A DNA stretch of 64,000 bases from Camelus dromedarius (taxonomy: Eukaryota). The stretch covers positions 24,802,001 through 24,866,000 of the forward strand of contig NC_087436.1 of the NCBI RefSeq assembly GCF_036321535.1, in the 5' to 3' direction. The first letter of the stretch is position 1. Every line of letters starts with the position of its first letter. The position numbers and the translations under genes are program-made. Shown here one piece after another: positions 10,746-22,550 of the stretch. The notes beneath the pieces are model-generated. The model had not been told where the DNA came from. It did no database searches and saw only the letters and a list, made by a program, of their open reading frames with translations.

Positions 10746-12936
10746 TGCCACTTCGCATGGCTCTGCTGTTTTACTTGAGATCAGAAGGCATGTGGAGGCA
10801 ATCAGAAGTCTTCCTTCCGTCTCCAGCCGTCCTAATCTCCTGCCTCGGCTGCTGCCTTAAACTACCCAGGCTTCCAATTAGACTTGGACAATGATGTGTC
10901 CCCACTCTCCGTAGTTGCGGCCCACTCTCTGATCACTGCAAAACCGACTGACAAGCCCAGCTCAGTAGCTGAGGGTGAATTCAGTTGGGTGTTTTGTTCA
11001 TACAGTAGCAAAGCAGAAGGATCTCCTTACAGATTTGAAAGTTGATTGAAAAACAAAGGCTCAGACGTAAGTAAGCTACTTTATTTTAAAAATTGTGCTG
11101 TGATTGAATGAAACCAACACTGTGGTTACCTTGATGTTTGTTGCATGTCTACCACATTCAGGTTCTAGATCAGGGGCTCTACAAGACTGAAGCTCTCAGG
11201 TGATTGAACTTGAGAGGGTCCACGTTAGTCATCACCAGTTAGTCTCAGCTCTGTGTAAAAACAACCTTGATAAAACTTCCCCTCTCTGTGTATGACTTCT
11301 GTTAGACTGAAGAATTTTGCAAAGCTGTGAAAAATTAAACTGATGTAAAACCTCTGTGGGGAATTGTTGCCGCTGCTGGGTAGAGCACTTCAACTCTTAA
11401 ATAACAACACTTCACGAGGCAGCCAAGCATGGAGTGTGGTGTCCCACTGAAGCCGCAGAGAAATCGAAATAGGTGGATGGCAGAAGTTCCGTAGGAACTT
11501 GACTAGGCTAATAATATTTCCTGGGTATGTAAACCTATAATTTAGCCTCAGGATTTCTGCCCTTTGTTTCCCTTCTCAACTTGGTTTTCTTACGTACTTT
11601 GTGACAAGGAAAATAAGGTTGTCTTAAACCTTCTACCTTGGATGTTGAATTCGTTGCAAGCAGCACAGGTTTTTACTACCAGCTACAAATAAGAGACAAC
11701 AGGGCTCACTGATACTGTTGGATTTTTTACAGTTGGACTTGGCAGCCAATGGATTTGTTGGAAGTCTCTGGAGGCTCGTGTGCCCCCTTTGCTGGGAATT
11801 TTGTTTTTTCAAATGAAGCCAACTCAAGAGATTTTTAACTCTGATCACTTTTCTTAAATGAAACCATAATAATGGAGGTGGATGAAATAATGTTGCTCTT
11901 TGTTATGCTTTCTGGACATCCCATTCCATTGCCCAAATGAAGATGACAACCTCCAAGATTCAAAGAGACTAGTTGCATCTATTTAACAAGGTGTTATTGG
12001 AAGAAATGTACTGACCAGATGCTAACTTTAAATCATAACCTTCCTGACTTAGCTCCAGCCACATTGAAATTGCATGGCCATCAATCCCAGTTTTCTAGAA
12101 ATCCTTTCTTTAACTGTGACTTTGGTAGCCCTAGTTTTCTAGACAGGCACAAAAAAGTCATTTTTTTTGGAGACAGTTTGCGTGTTGTTAACTCTTGCTC
12201 TTACTGCTATAATATGTACCTACTTTAGCTCCTTGCAAAATGACCCCCGTCTCCCCCAATAATTTCTGGAAGTTTCTGTGATGTGACTTCCTCAGGAACC
12301 AGGGTAGTCACCTGCCACTTGGTATCTGCCAGGTACTACACTGCCTGCTCCGGCTTTTGCTGGGTGTCACTGCCGCCACTGGATACTGCTGATGTGTCCC
12401 ATCTAGTTGATGTACCAGAGCACCTCGTCATCAAAGCTTTACTATGTTCTCTGAGTCATCAGTGCACCCAGCTATACTATTTTAAGTGTGGAAATAAGGA
12501 TAATGTTATTCTCTATTCGCCAGGTAGCAAGGCTTATGCGACACAGACTGAAAACATTTAAAAAATAAAAATAGCTCCTTTAGTTTTAATTTGAAGACTA
12601 TTTTCTCCCCCAAAATATGATTTTATAGGAGTTGGAAGAAATATCCAGGTAACAGACACCATACTATTTCCTAGTGGCCATGCATATGCCAGTCCGCTTT
12701 TGGGTCAGTGTACTCTGGGAAGCTACTCAGTCTTTTAGGTGAAAATAAGCTCTTGGCAATCCTTCCCCACCAGGCTGGATGACACACTCACGTCTGAGAC
12801 CTAGCAGTGGATGCCATTTAGATTTAAGCTGGGATTTCCTCATCATAGGAGTGAGGTTTAGTTGAAAATCAGTCCTTTTAGACTCTCTCAAGCTCACACC
12901 TACGTGGATCATGGGGTGAAGCAAAAGGGGTGCATC

Positions 12937-13365
12937 TGTTGTGTGCACCCCCTCATTCATAAGTTGAAGTCCTAACCCTCAGTACCTTAGACTGTGACTG
13001 TATTTAAGATGGGGTCTTTACAGAGGTAATTACATTAAAATGTGGTCATTTAATGTGGGCTCAAATCCAATATGGCTGCTCCCTTTGGAAGAAGAGGGCT
13101 CTCTTTAGACACAGAGACACCACACAGAGGGAAGACATTGTGAAGACCCAGGGAGAAGACAGCCGTCTACAAGCCCAGGAGAGAGAACCACAGCAGATCC
13201 TCCACTCTCAGCCCTCAGAAGGAACCAGCCCTGCCAATACCTTAATCTTGACACCTTGATCTTGATCTTGACATCTTGATTGCCAGCCTCCCGAGTTGGG
13301 AGATGATCCTTTTCTGTTGTTTAAGGTACTTGGTCTGTGGTCCTTAATTATGGCAGCCCTCCAAT
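12937..13365 (+). mobile_element. MaLR LTR (MLT1B/C-like)
   Basis: GTTGAAGTCCTAACCCTCAGTACC...GGGGTCTTTACAGAGGTAATTA...GAAGGAACCAGCCCTGCC...TTTCTGTTGTTTAAG...TATGGCAGCCCT. Confidence 0.88.
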
Positions 13366-14724
13366 GTCCCAGGAACAGTTCACATCCTTGTGGTGGGGCA
13401 GACCCTGAGAAGCTGACTCTGCAGGGGTCAAGCAAGCCAGCCTGCACACTATGGGTGCTTCCTGAAAAGTGTGGTGCAGGCTGGAGAAGTGCCAGTGTCA
13501 AGGCTGGCCAGCAAGAGGTGACCAGGGGTGTCCTTGCAGGGAGGTGCTGCAGCCCAGGGGTGAGGAGTTTGGAAGAGGCAAGATGCTCAGGCTCAGGGAG
13601 GCATCAATCACTGCCAGGGAGTCTCTCAGAGCCTGGACTAAATTGTGGAAAAAACAGCGGGGCTCTGGTTTTGGGGAAACTGAGAACAAGGTAGGAAGCC
13701 AGGCTAGGACTCAGTGGCTGGAAACTGGGGAGGAATGTGGGTTCCTGGCTGTGGGAGGAGGGTTGTGTCCAGTTACTAGAATCTGATCTTAAAGTCAGAT
13801 GGGACTACTGAGATCATTTTCTACCCTAAGCACTTACATTTCTGACCTGTATGTCCTTAAATCATCCCTGACTGGGGACATACAGGGTCCCAGTGTCTGA
13901 AGCAAGCCTCAACCTGTAAGAAATAATGTCACATGGCTTCATTGTTGAGTGGTGGTGGCCCAGGGAGGCAGTGAGGTCATTACACTGATGATACAGTTTT
14001 GCTGAATGAAAAAGAGGGTACATCTTCCCCAGGAGCCAGTTGCTTGGTATGCTTGTTAATTTCCAATGTACCATTCTGGGACGTTTCCCAGAAATGTCAT
14101 CCACGACTCCTGGGAGGAATTTTTCCAAGTAGGTGTCACTGTGTTGCAGCTTATAGAGGGAGCTTCTGAAAGCAACAGGAGTTGCCTTTCACGTACCAGG
14201 TAACCCAGGCAGAAGCAAAAATGCCCAGCATAGGAGAGATTGTAGAAAATGTAGCTAGGGTTTCAGTTTCATTTTGCCTATAAATGAAAAACAATTTAAG
14301 CAGTTGCTCCATTGGTTTGTGAAAGTCATCAGAACTACTAGCAGAGAGCACAGCCTCAAATTTGCTGGGCTTGATATTCTAGAACAGCCCTTTTCAAACA
14401 TCTTGCAATGGAATCTTTTATTCAAATGGCTGCCTAAGGAGAACTCACAATATGACAACAGAGGGAAGAGGAGCAGCTTTGGTGGAAGTAGGGGTGGGAG
14501 GCCCACATCCTACTCAGGCTCACCCCTGACCCAGAGAGAGTTTTTGGTCCATGCAGTTTAAATACCACACCCAACTTATGTTTCATTCAAACAGAGTAAC
14601 CCATTCATTAACTGGCCAAGCTATGTTATGAATATTGAAAAACCTAGGAAATTTTTAGATTTTCAAAATATGAGACTAGAATCTTAAAAGGTGAAAAGAA
14701 AGTTAGCTAAGTAGTGGTCCCAAT

Positions 14725-15226
14725 CATTTACTGCAGTTTTACAAGCCATCCTAATATCTTAATGGCTTGAAATAACAACACATTTAATTTGCTCATGAAT
14801 TGCAATTTGGATGAGGGCTTTGCTGGGGACAGCACTGCTCCTGTGGCCTCAGGCTGGAGCAACTCACAGGGGCTGGAGCATTCACTTCCAAGTTGGTTTA
14901 CTTGGATGGCTGGCAAGTTGGTACATTGTCAGCAGAAGCACAGTTGTGGCTTGGAGCCTTGATTCATTTTCACAGAGGCCTCTCCTTGGGCTGCTGAAGG
15001 TTCCGCAACATGGCAGCTGGGTTCCAGGAATGACTGTTCTAAGACAGGCAGTGAAAAGGAGGAGTCTGGTAAGAACTTGACTTGGAAACTGGCAAAGTGC
15101 CATTTTCGCTTTATTTCATTGGTCAGAGCAGCTACAGAGCCTGCCCACATTTAAGGGGAGAGGAAATAGACCACACTTCATGGAAGGAGTGTCAAAGAAT
15201 CTGTGGCCATCTTTAAACCAATCACA
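14725..15226 (-). mobile_element. Older MaLR LTR (MLT1G/H-like)
   Basis: AATGGCTTGAAATAACAAC...TTGCTCATGAAT...GGCTGGCAAGTTGG...CAACATGGCAGCTGG...TTTAAGGGGAGAGGAAATAGAC...GTGGCCATCTTTAA. Confidence 0.8.
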
Positions 15227-15299
15227 ATGGTCATTTCTCTCTTTTTCCCTTTTTCTTTTTCACGCCATCCTTCTCTTCCTCTTCCTCCAAAATGACAAA

Positions 15300-15870
15300 A
15301 ATTAATGCAATTATTACTATGCGCCAGACACTCTGCTTAATGTTCCAGCAACACAAATGGGAGAAGAGACAATCATATATTCACAGAAGATTTATTTCCT
15401 CTAAACTATCTATCACTAAAGAGAAAGTCGCTATTGACGATCATTTACATTTAACATATATTTAAATATTGCCGACTCTGTGTGCCAGAAGCTGGAGAGA
15501 AAACCATTAAGACCCAAGATTTAGCTTCAGTGAGTTCATAGTCAATAGCTATTGTAACAGACAAAATTTGGCCACTTTTCTTATAGACCTATAAGCAGCA
15601 CATTAGGAGAACACAGAGTAGAGGAGACTGATTTTGACTGAGGGGTGGGGAAGGATTCATGGGGGAGGCAGCAGTTAAAGGAGTCTCAAATGAGGAACAT
15701 TCCAAGACAGGAATCTGGTGAACAGATGCTCAGAGGTTGCAAAGTGCTGGTCTGTTTCAGGAATGATGCTTCAGGTGTTTTGGCTGGAGTTTGATGCCCA
15801 TGCTGGGATGCTAAGTAAGATAATGTTGGAAAGATGGGTGGGGGGGCTTGTTAGGAAGGTCCCAGAATGG
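15300..15870 (-). mobile_element. L2 LINE fragments
   Basis: Antisense L2 3'-end motifs TACTATGCGCCAGACACT and ACTCTGTGTGCCAG followed by a purine-rich L2-like body. Confidence 0.5.
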
Positions 15871-17084
15871 TATTTTTAAAGCTCTGGTTTGGAATACTTA
15901 GAAGTTCTTGTGTTTTATCTGAGAATAAAAATTTGTTCTGAGCTCACGAAGATGTTCCTTTCTGCCGTGAAAGGAACTGTTGCCTCTCGGCGGAGAAGAG
16001 GTGGAGACATGGGGCCATTCTTCCTTTGGTCTTTGTCCAGCTCCAGCGTGGCCGTCTGCTTTTGGAGAGATTCCATTTCCTGCTGAAAACTTTGAGTGAG
16101 GATAATCGCTTGTCTTATGCTTTCCTTTTGGAGTCTCACAGGCCGGCCTGCTGGTGTGGAAGAAGTTTCCAGAATAGCTATTGCTCACTTAGGGGAAGAT
16201 GCTTGCGGTCAGCTGGAGAAGAGCAAGTGGAATGCAGGGCTGAGGGTCTGCAGAAGTGGCTGCTGTCCCCGGATCTGCTGCCAGTTGACAGCAGGATCTT
16301 AAAGAAGAACAAAGAGGCAGCTGTCATCTCTGCTGGGGGTGACAGAGGAAAGGACTTTCCAAATTAGAGGGCAGGAGAGCTGGGGGTCCTTTGTGGTGTA
16401 GGGGCTGAGGATAGAGGAAGAATGTCGGTGATTATTTCAAGTTAGAAGATAACGCCATAACCAGAGGAATTGTGATAAAGAATATAGAAATAAGGAAATT
16501 ATTTCCCACTTCAAAGGGAAATAAGAGGGTCAGAATTAGATTGTTAGTGGGTGATAGCAAGGCCTGCAAACATTTTGAAGGAAAAGATAAAATGCTTTGA
16601 GAGCTATAAAGACCTAAAATACTAAGAAAAAAGGAAACAACCCTTCAAAATTTTATTTTGATATCCCTAAAGTCTGATGGAAGAACTGGGGAAAGCTCTT
16701 TAGGAATGAGGATGGAACTGAGGAAGCAGGAGAAAGAATGCATTTTTTATCCTTATTACTTTCTTGGCCACAAATACAATCAAAAGCATATGTTAAACCC
16801 TACTTCTAGGCATTTTGTGTATAAAGAGAGAGATCACATGATTTGCCTCACCCACTGGATGATGAGATCACAAGCAGGACATGTCTCTGCCCGTCAAAAA
16901 AGATCCCACATCAGTTACTTTTTTGAGGAGTGGAATGATCACTGCAGGGTGACCACAGAATTTGTTATGTGTGGGTTGCTGTTGTCCGCTTCCCAAAGTT
17001 GTGATAGATTTGAGACTTACATCGGAAGTCTACCTAAAGGGCTCATCACAGTGTGTAGTCATTGAATTTATTTTTATTTCCTAT

Positions 17085-17235
17085 TCTAGTCTCCATTTCT
17101 CTCCTGTCCTCGCCTGAAATGAGGTCGTAAGTTGCACAAGAGTGGGGACCTTGCCCGTTGTCCACTGCTGAATCTCCAGTGCACCTCACAGCACCTGCTC
17201 TGTGTGGTGTGGTTTAATCAATGAGTGGAAGGAAC
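17085..17235 (+). mobile_element. L2 3' end fragment
   Basis: GTAAGTTGCACAAGAGTGGGGACCTTG...CACTGCTGAATCTCCAGTGC...ACAGCACCTG pattern. Confidence 0.6.
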
Positions 17236-18209
17236 TGCCTTCATCTGGAGCTGTCTTTCCATAACTTTGGAGGAAGAAACACTTTCCCCCTTGATAGTCA
17301 TGTGGCAATAGAGCCTTCACTATCCAGGAGGAAGTGATAGTCAGACACCAGGGTGAGAAGTTCATCTTTGCAAAGATGACCAATCTGGGTGGACCAAAGG
17401 TTGGGAAACACCACAGTTTTCATGCTGCTGCCCACCCTTCAGAGTCCCCAGGAGGAAAGCAGGAGGACAGGGTGGCATCAGTCCCAGGAGGCACAAGAGG
17501 ACAGGCTGTCGAGGGTCGGGAGAGGCTGTTGGTGGAGCTGGAGTCAGGGTTCCCCCCACCAGTTGTGGGTCTGCTGGGGGCCATCATTCTTTCCTGGGAC
17601 CTGACGACCTCGTGTCTACAAGATGAGCAGTGAGTATTTGAAAGAAAACCTTCATGGAAGATGGGAGGATGTTCTGCTGTCTGCATCATGGCAGTTAGTG
17701 GTCACCAAGCTAGAGTGATAGGTGAATAACCAAAGTGTAAAGTCAACTCCTAGCTTTCAGACTGTCTAGCTCCATTCCGACAGGTGGGTAAATGCCCTAA
17801 AATTATGAATCAGTTTCTTTTTTTTTTTTTTTTAACATTTTTTATTGATTTATAATCATTTTACAATGTTGTGTCAAATTCCAGTGTTCAGCACAATTTT
17901 TCAGTTATTCATGGACATATACACACTCATAGTCACATTTTTTTCTCTGTGAGTTATCATAACATTTTGTGTATATTTCCCTGTGCTATACAGTGTAGTC
18001 TATTCTACAATTTTGAAATCCCAGTCTATCCCTTCCCACCCTCCACCCCCCTGGTAACTACAAGTCTGTATTCTCTGTCTGTGAGTCTATTTCTGTCCTT
18101 TATTTACGCTTTGTTTTTGTTTGTTTGTTTGTTTTTGTTTTTGTTTTTTAGATTCCACATATGAGCGATCTCATATGGTATTTTTCTTTCTCTTTCTGGC
18201 TTACTTCAC

Positions 18210-18794
18210 TTAGAATGACATTCTCCAGGAGCATCCATGTTGCTGCAAATGGCGTATGTTGTCGGTTTTTATGGCTGAGTAGTATTCCATTGTATAAATA
18301 TACCACCTCTTCTTTATCCAGTCACCTGTTGATGGACATTTAGGCTGTTTCCATGTTTTGGCTATTGTAAATAGTGCTGCTATGAACATTGGGGTGCAGG
18401 TGTCATCCTGAAGTAGATTTCCTTCTGGATACAAGCCCAGGAGTGGGATTCCTGGGTCATATGGTAAGTCTGTTCCTAGTCTTTTGAGGAATCTCCACAC
18501 TGTTTTCCATAGTGGCTGCACCAAACTGCATTCCCACCAGCAGTGTAGGAGGGTTCCCCTTTCTCCACAGCCTCTCCAGCTTTTGTCATTTGTGGATTTT
18601 TGAATGACGGCCATTCTGACTGGTGTGAGGTGATACCTCATTGTAGTTTTGATTTGCATTTCTCTGATAATTAGTGATATTGAGCATTTTTTCATGTGCT
18701 TTTTGATCATTTGTATGTCTTCCTTGGAGAATTGCTTGTTTAGGTCTTCTGCCCATTTTTGGATTGGGTTGTTTATTTTTTTCTTATTGAGTCG
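18210..18794 (-). pseudogene. L1 ORF2 C-terminal (Cys-rich) region remnant
   Basis: Translation [25 protein letters not shown]...[15 protein letters not shown]...[25 protein letters not shown] is the canonical L1 ORF2p C-terminus. Confidence 0.95.
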
Positions 18795-19998
18795 CTTCCC
18801 ACTAAAATCTGGGACAAGACAAGGATGCCCACTATCACCACTCCTATTCAACATAGTCCTGGAAGTCCTAGCCACAGCAGTCAGGCAAGAGAAAGAAATA
18901 AAAGGGATCCAAATTGGAAAAGAAGAGGTAAAAGTGTCATTATATGCTGATGACATGTTACTATATATAGAAAACCCTAAAAGGTCCACACAAAAGCTAC
19001 TAGAGCTGATTGAAGAATTCAGCAAGGTAGCAGGTTACAAAATTAACGTTCAAAAATCAGTTGCATTTCTTTACACTAACGATAAATCAACAGAAGAAGA
19101 AAGTAAAGAAACAATCCCCTTTAAAATAGCACCCAAAGTAATAAAATATCTGGGAATACATCTAACCAAGGAGGTGAAAGAATTATACACAGAAAACTAT
19201 AAACCATTGATGAAGGAAATTAAAGAAGACTTTAAAAAATGGAAAGATATTCCATGCTCTTGGATTGGAAGAATCAATATTGTTAAAATGGTCACACTGC
19301 CCAAGGCAATCTACAGATTTAATGCAATCCCTATCCAATTACCCAGGACATATTTCACAGAACTAGAAAAAAGTCATAATAAAATTCATATGGAACCATC
19401 AAAGACCTAGAATTGCCAAAGCATTACTGAAGAGAAAGAAAGAGGCGGGAGGAATAACTCTCCCAGACTTCAGACATCTGTCTATAGCGCTACAGTCATC
19501 AAGACAGCATGGTATTGGTACCAAAACAGACATATAGACCAATGGAACAGAACAGAGAGCCCAGAAATGAACCCACAAACTTTTGGTCAACTCATCTTTG
19601 ACAAAGGAGGCAAGAATATACATTGGAATAAAGACAGTCTCTTCAGCAAATGGTGTTGGGAAAACTGGACAGCAGCATGTAAAACAATGAAGCTAGAACA
19701 CTCCCTTACACCATATACAAAAATCAACTCAAAATGGATTAAAGACTTAAACATAAGACAAGATACAATAAACCTAGAGGAAAACATAGGCAAAACATTA
19801 TCTGACATACATTTAAAAAATTTTCTCCTAGAAGAAATAAAAGCAAGAATAAACAAATGGGACCTAATGAAACTTACAAGCTTCTGCACAGCAAAGGAAA
19901 CCAGAAATAAAACAAGAAGAAAACCTATGGAATGGGAGAAAATTTTTGCAAGTGAAACCGACAAAGGCTTGATCTCCAGAATATATAAGCAGCTCATA
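18795..19998 (+). pseudogene. L1 ORF2 reverse-transcriptase C-terminal half, frameshifted (inverted segment)
   Basis: [26 protein letters not shown]...[10 protein letters not shown] (YADD motif)...IKYLGI...[16 protein letters not shown]. Frame breaks near 19370 and later, then LIFDKG...[12 protein letters not shown]. Confidence 0.95.
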
Positions 19999-21099
19999 TG
20001 AACCAGTTTCTTTATTCTTTCTTTAACTTTTAAAAAAGTGTCTTAAGTTGCTGAGCACCTGGAAGGCAGGGGGCCATTTGGTTCGTTGTCGGTTAAGGCT
20101 ATTTCTTTTACAAACATGAAATACCCAGTAAAGTTATATGTCCATCGTATTTCTCTTCTGAACGTCGTAATAGTTTCTCTGGGATTGAGACCCCCTCAGC
20201 ATCACTGGTACCTGGTAGAAGAGTCGTCTCTCCCGGCCTCTGCTGTGTAATGGTGCTTGCTATGAGACGCAGGATGAAGCTCTGTGTGTTTACTGGCTGT
20301 GCCAAGACCACACCACTGGCAAGAGCCCCCTTGCAGAAGGCATTGTGAACATAGATACACAGCAATGCCACGGTCATCCTGTAAACTCAAGGTCGTGATG
20401 TTTGGGGAAGTGAAAGACGTGTTTCTCTCTCTCAGCCAAACACACATCCAAAAAATGTGTGTGAAGATTGTTTCTCTTCCCTACTAACAGCCTAGAAGAT
20501 TCCTTAGCAGGAACATAGGGATATCTAATTTATGGGAGGAAATTTAGTACAGTGGTGGCAAATGGTATCACCTGGGACTTTTATTTTTTAAAGTTGTGTT
20601 CTATTTTAACTTTTTACCAAAAGCGATTCCAGTTAAGATGAAGCCTTTTGAATTACTGTTGATTTGCATGGTTCCTTTTTGCCACATCCCCCTATGAAAT
20701 ACGGTAGGGTGTTCTCTGCCCCACATTTTAATTAATCTTTCAACTCTGTTTATCTGTTATAGAGCAGAGATTCTCAATTGCTTTAGATAGAAGGCAACAT
20801 TAAAACCCAGAGTAGGTCATCAAAGTCCAGGCTAAGTGACTGTTTCCCTTTGAATGAGGTTGTTTAGAATTTTAAAGTCCCCTAACTTCTCATCTTCAAA
20901 TGTCTTTTGAAGATGAATTGTGGGCATGCCAGTGTAAGAGGGCCAGTCCTCAAAGGCCATCGGTAACTGACGTCCACAGGCAATAACACCATCTCCTCTG
21001 CAACCAGCAGTTGCCATCCCTTCGTCCACCCGCCCCTCACCTAATATTTGTGAGAACTCTAAAGAGGAAGCAAAATGACACTGAGTTTCCTGATTAGGC

Positions 21100-21467
21100 T
21101 GTCTTAGTCTGTTCACGTTGCCAAAACAGAACACCATAAACTGGGTGGCTCATAAACAACATGCATTTATTTCTCACAAGAGGCTGGAAAGTTCAAGATC
21201 AAGGTGTGGGCAGATTCGGTGTTTGGTGAGGACCTGCTTCCTGATTCATAGCCGGCAGACTTTTTCTCACTGTGTGCTCACGTGGTGGAAGGGGTGGAGG
21301 GAGCTCTCTGGAGTCTCTCCTATAAGGGCGCTAATGCCACTCACATGGGCTCCACCCTCGTGACCTAATTACCTCCCCCAAAGCCCTACCTCCTGATATC
21401 CTCATGTGGGGGTTTAGGTTTCAACATACGAATTTTTTGGAGGGGGACACAGATTCAGTCCAAAGCA
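21100..21467 (-). mobile_element. MaLR LTR (MLT1A-like), near full length
   Basis: TGTCTTAGTCTGTTC...ACCATAAACTGGGTGGCT...TTCAAGATCAAGGTG...TGACCTAATTACCTCCC...TTTCAACATACGAATTT...GGGGACACAGATTCAGTCCAAAGCA. Confidence 0.9.
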
Positions 21468-22399
21468 AGAACTGTTCTCTGATGTTCAGTGAAATGGAAG
21501 AGAGGGTCAGTAAAAGGAGTGGGAAGAGGAAAGGGGGTGGATGAGACAGTGGACATGGCTAAAGTGTCTGCGCAGCTCCAGTCACTACCGTGTTCAGTCC
21601 TGACTGGAGCTACACAGGCCGTGGGGATTTCCTGCTCGGCCCACGGCTCTCATCAGCTGAGAGGGGCTTCGGCTTTTTTCTCACAGGAGCGACCCTCCAG
21701 TGCCCCACCTCAGCTGCCGGTTGTCAAATAGACTCTCATGCAGACTTTGCTTGCTCTTTGGTATTCTGGATACGCTCAGCTTTGAGATTTGGACCTTTTG
21801 TGGAGTCTGATGAATCAATCTACCTTCTCCTCAGTGCCTGCCTAGCCAGCCCCTCCACTGCTCCTTTCTCTGGTAGGAAAGATAAACGCAGACCCCATTA
21901 TTCAGCCCATGGTACTGCGACGGCAGCTTCCTTTGAGCCTCTCGGCAAAACCCTGCTTGGTTTAGAACTGTACATCATACTGGGTCCATCGAGAGCCATT
22001 CTTCATCTGACAGGATATTTATAAAGCCAGCATTAGAGGCAGCTCCAAGTCAATATGTTTCTTTCTTGCTGACACACATCATACCAACAGGCTTGAGATA
22101 CTTAAATACAATAGTCCCTTCAAGAAATCATTAATTTTTCTATCAGTGCTAGAAGTGATAATTTGATGGAAATAGATTTAGTTGAAATAGCTGAGCTGAC
22201 CAGAGTGGATACGTTCATGTGTCTGGACTTCAGAGAAGCTGGCACAGGACCCAGGGAGGGTCCAGTGAGGGCCAGAGCCCGAGGTTCACCCCCTAGCACC
22301 ATCCCACCCACTTCAGCCAGGAAGACCGAGCGAGCGCTCCCGAGGAAGATGTTTAAGTTATCAAGGAGAGGAGACAAACCAGGGGCCGAACCACCTCAT

Positions 22400-22550
22400 T
22401 ACTGCCTGTCTCTTTCTGTCCCAGGCCGTCTCCCTCCTGCTTCTCCTCTCCCTCGCTCTCCTTTGCCCTCATTTCTCTTTTATCCCCTTCTCTCTTTTCC
22501 TCTGCCTCTTCCCTGGCTTCATCTTTTCCTCTTTGATCTTCCTTTTCTTA
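22400..22550. repeat. Pyrimidine-rich low-complexity tract
   Basis: About 150 bp of almost pure C/T (CTCCCTCCTGCTTCTCCTCTCCCTCGCTCTCCTTTGCCC...). Confidence 0.8.

Larger units (their letters stand above)
17821..19998 (-). mobile_element. Lineage-specific LINE-1, 5'-truncated with twin-priming inversion (~2.2 kb)
   Basis: Poly(T) at 17818-17833, then 3'UTR and ORF2 C-terminus on the minus strand to ~18794. The upstream ORF2 segment is on the plus strand at 18795-19998. TSD TATGAATCAGTTTCTTT (17804-17820) / TATGAACCAGTTTCTTT (19997-20013). Confidence 0.96.

Noticed and set aside
13243..13280. Short repeated ATCTTGA units resembling an array
   Set aside because: Local slippage inside an MLT1 LTR; no spacer structure, so not CRISPR-like.
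19399..19997. Minus-strand ORFs of 74 and 136 aa
   Set aside because: Antisense shadows of L1 ORF2.
18649..20001. Reverse-transcriptase ORFs as a functional or novel RT system
   Set aside because: Plain LINE-1 ORF2: 5'-truncated, no endonuclease domain, frameshifted and inverted.
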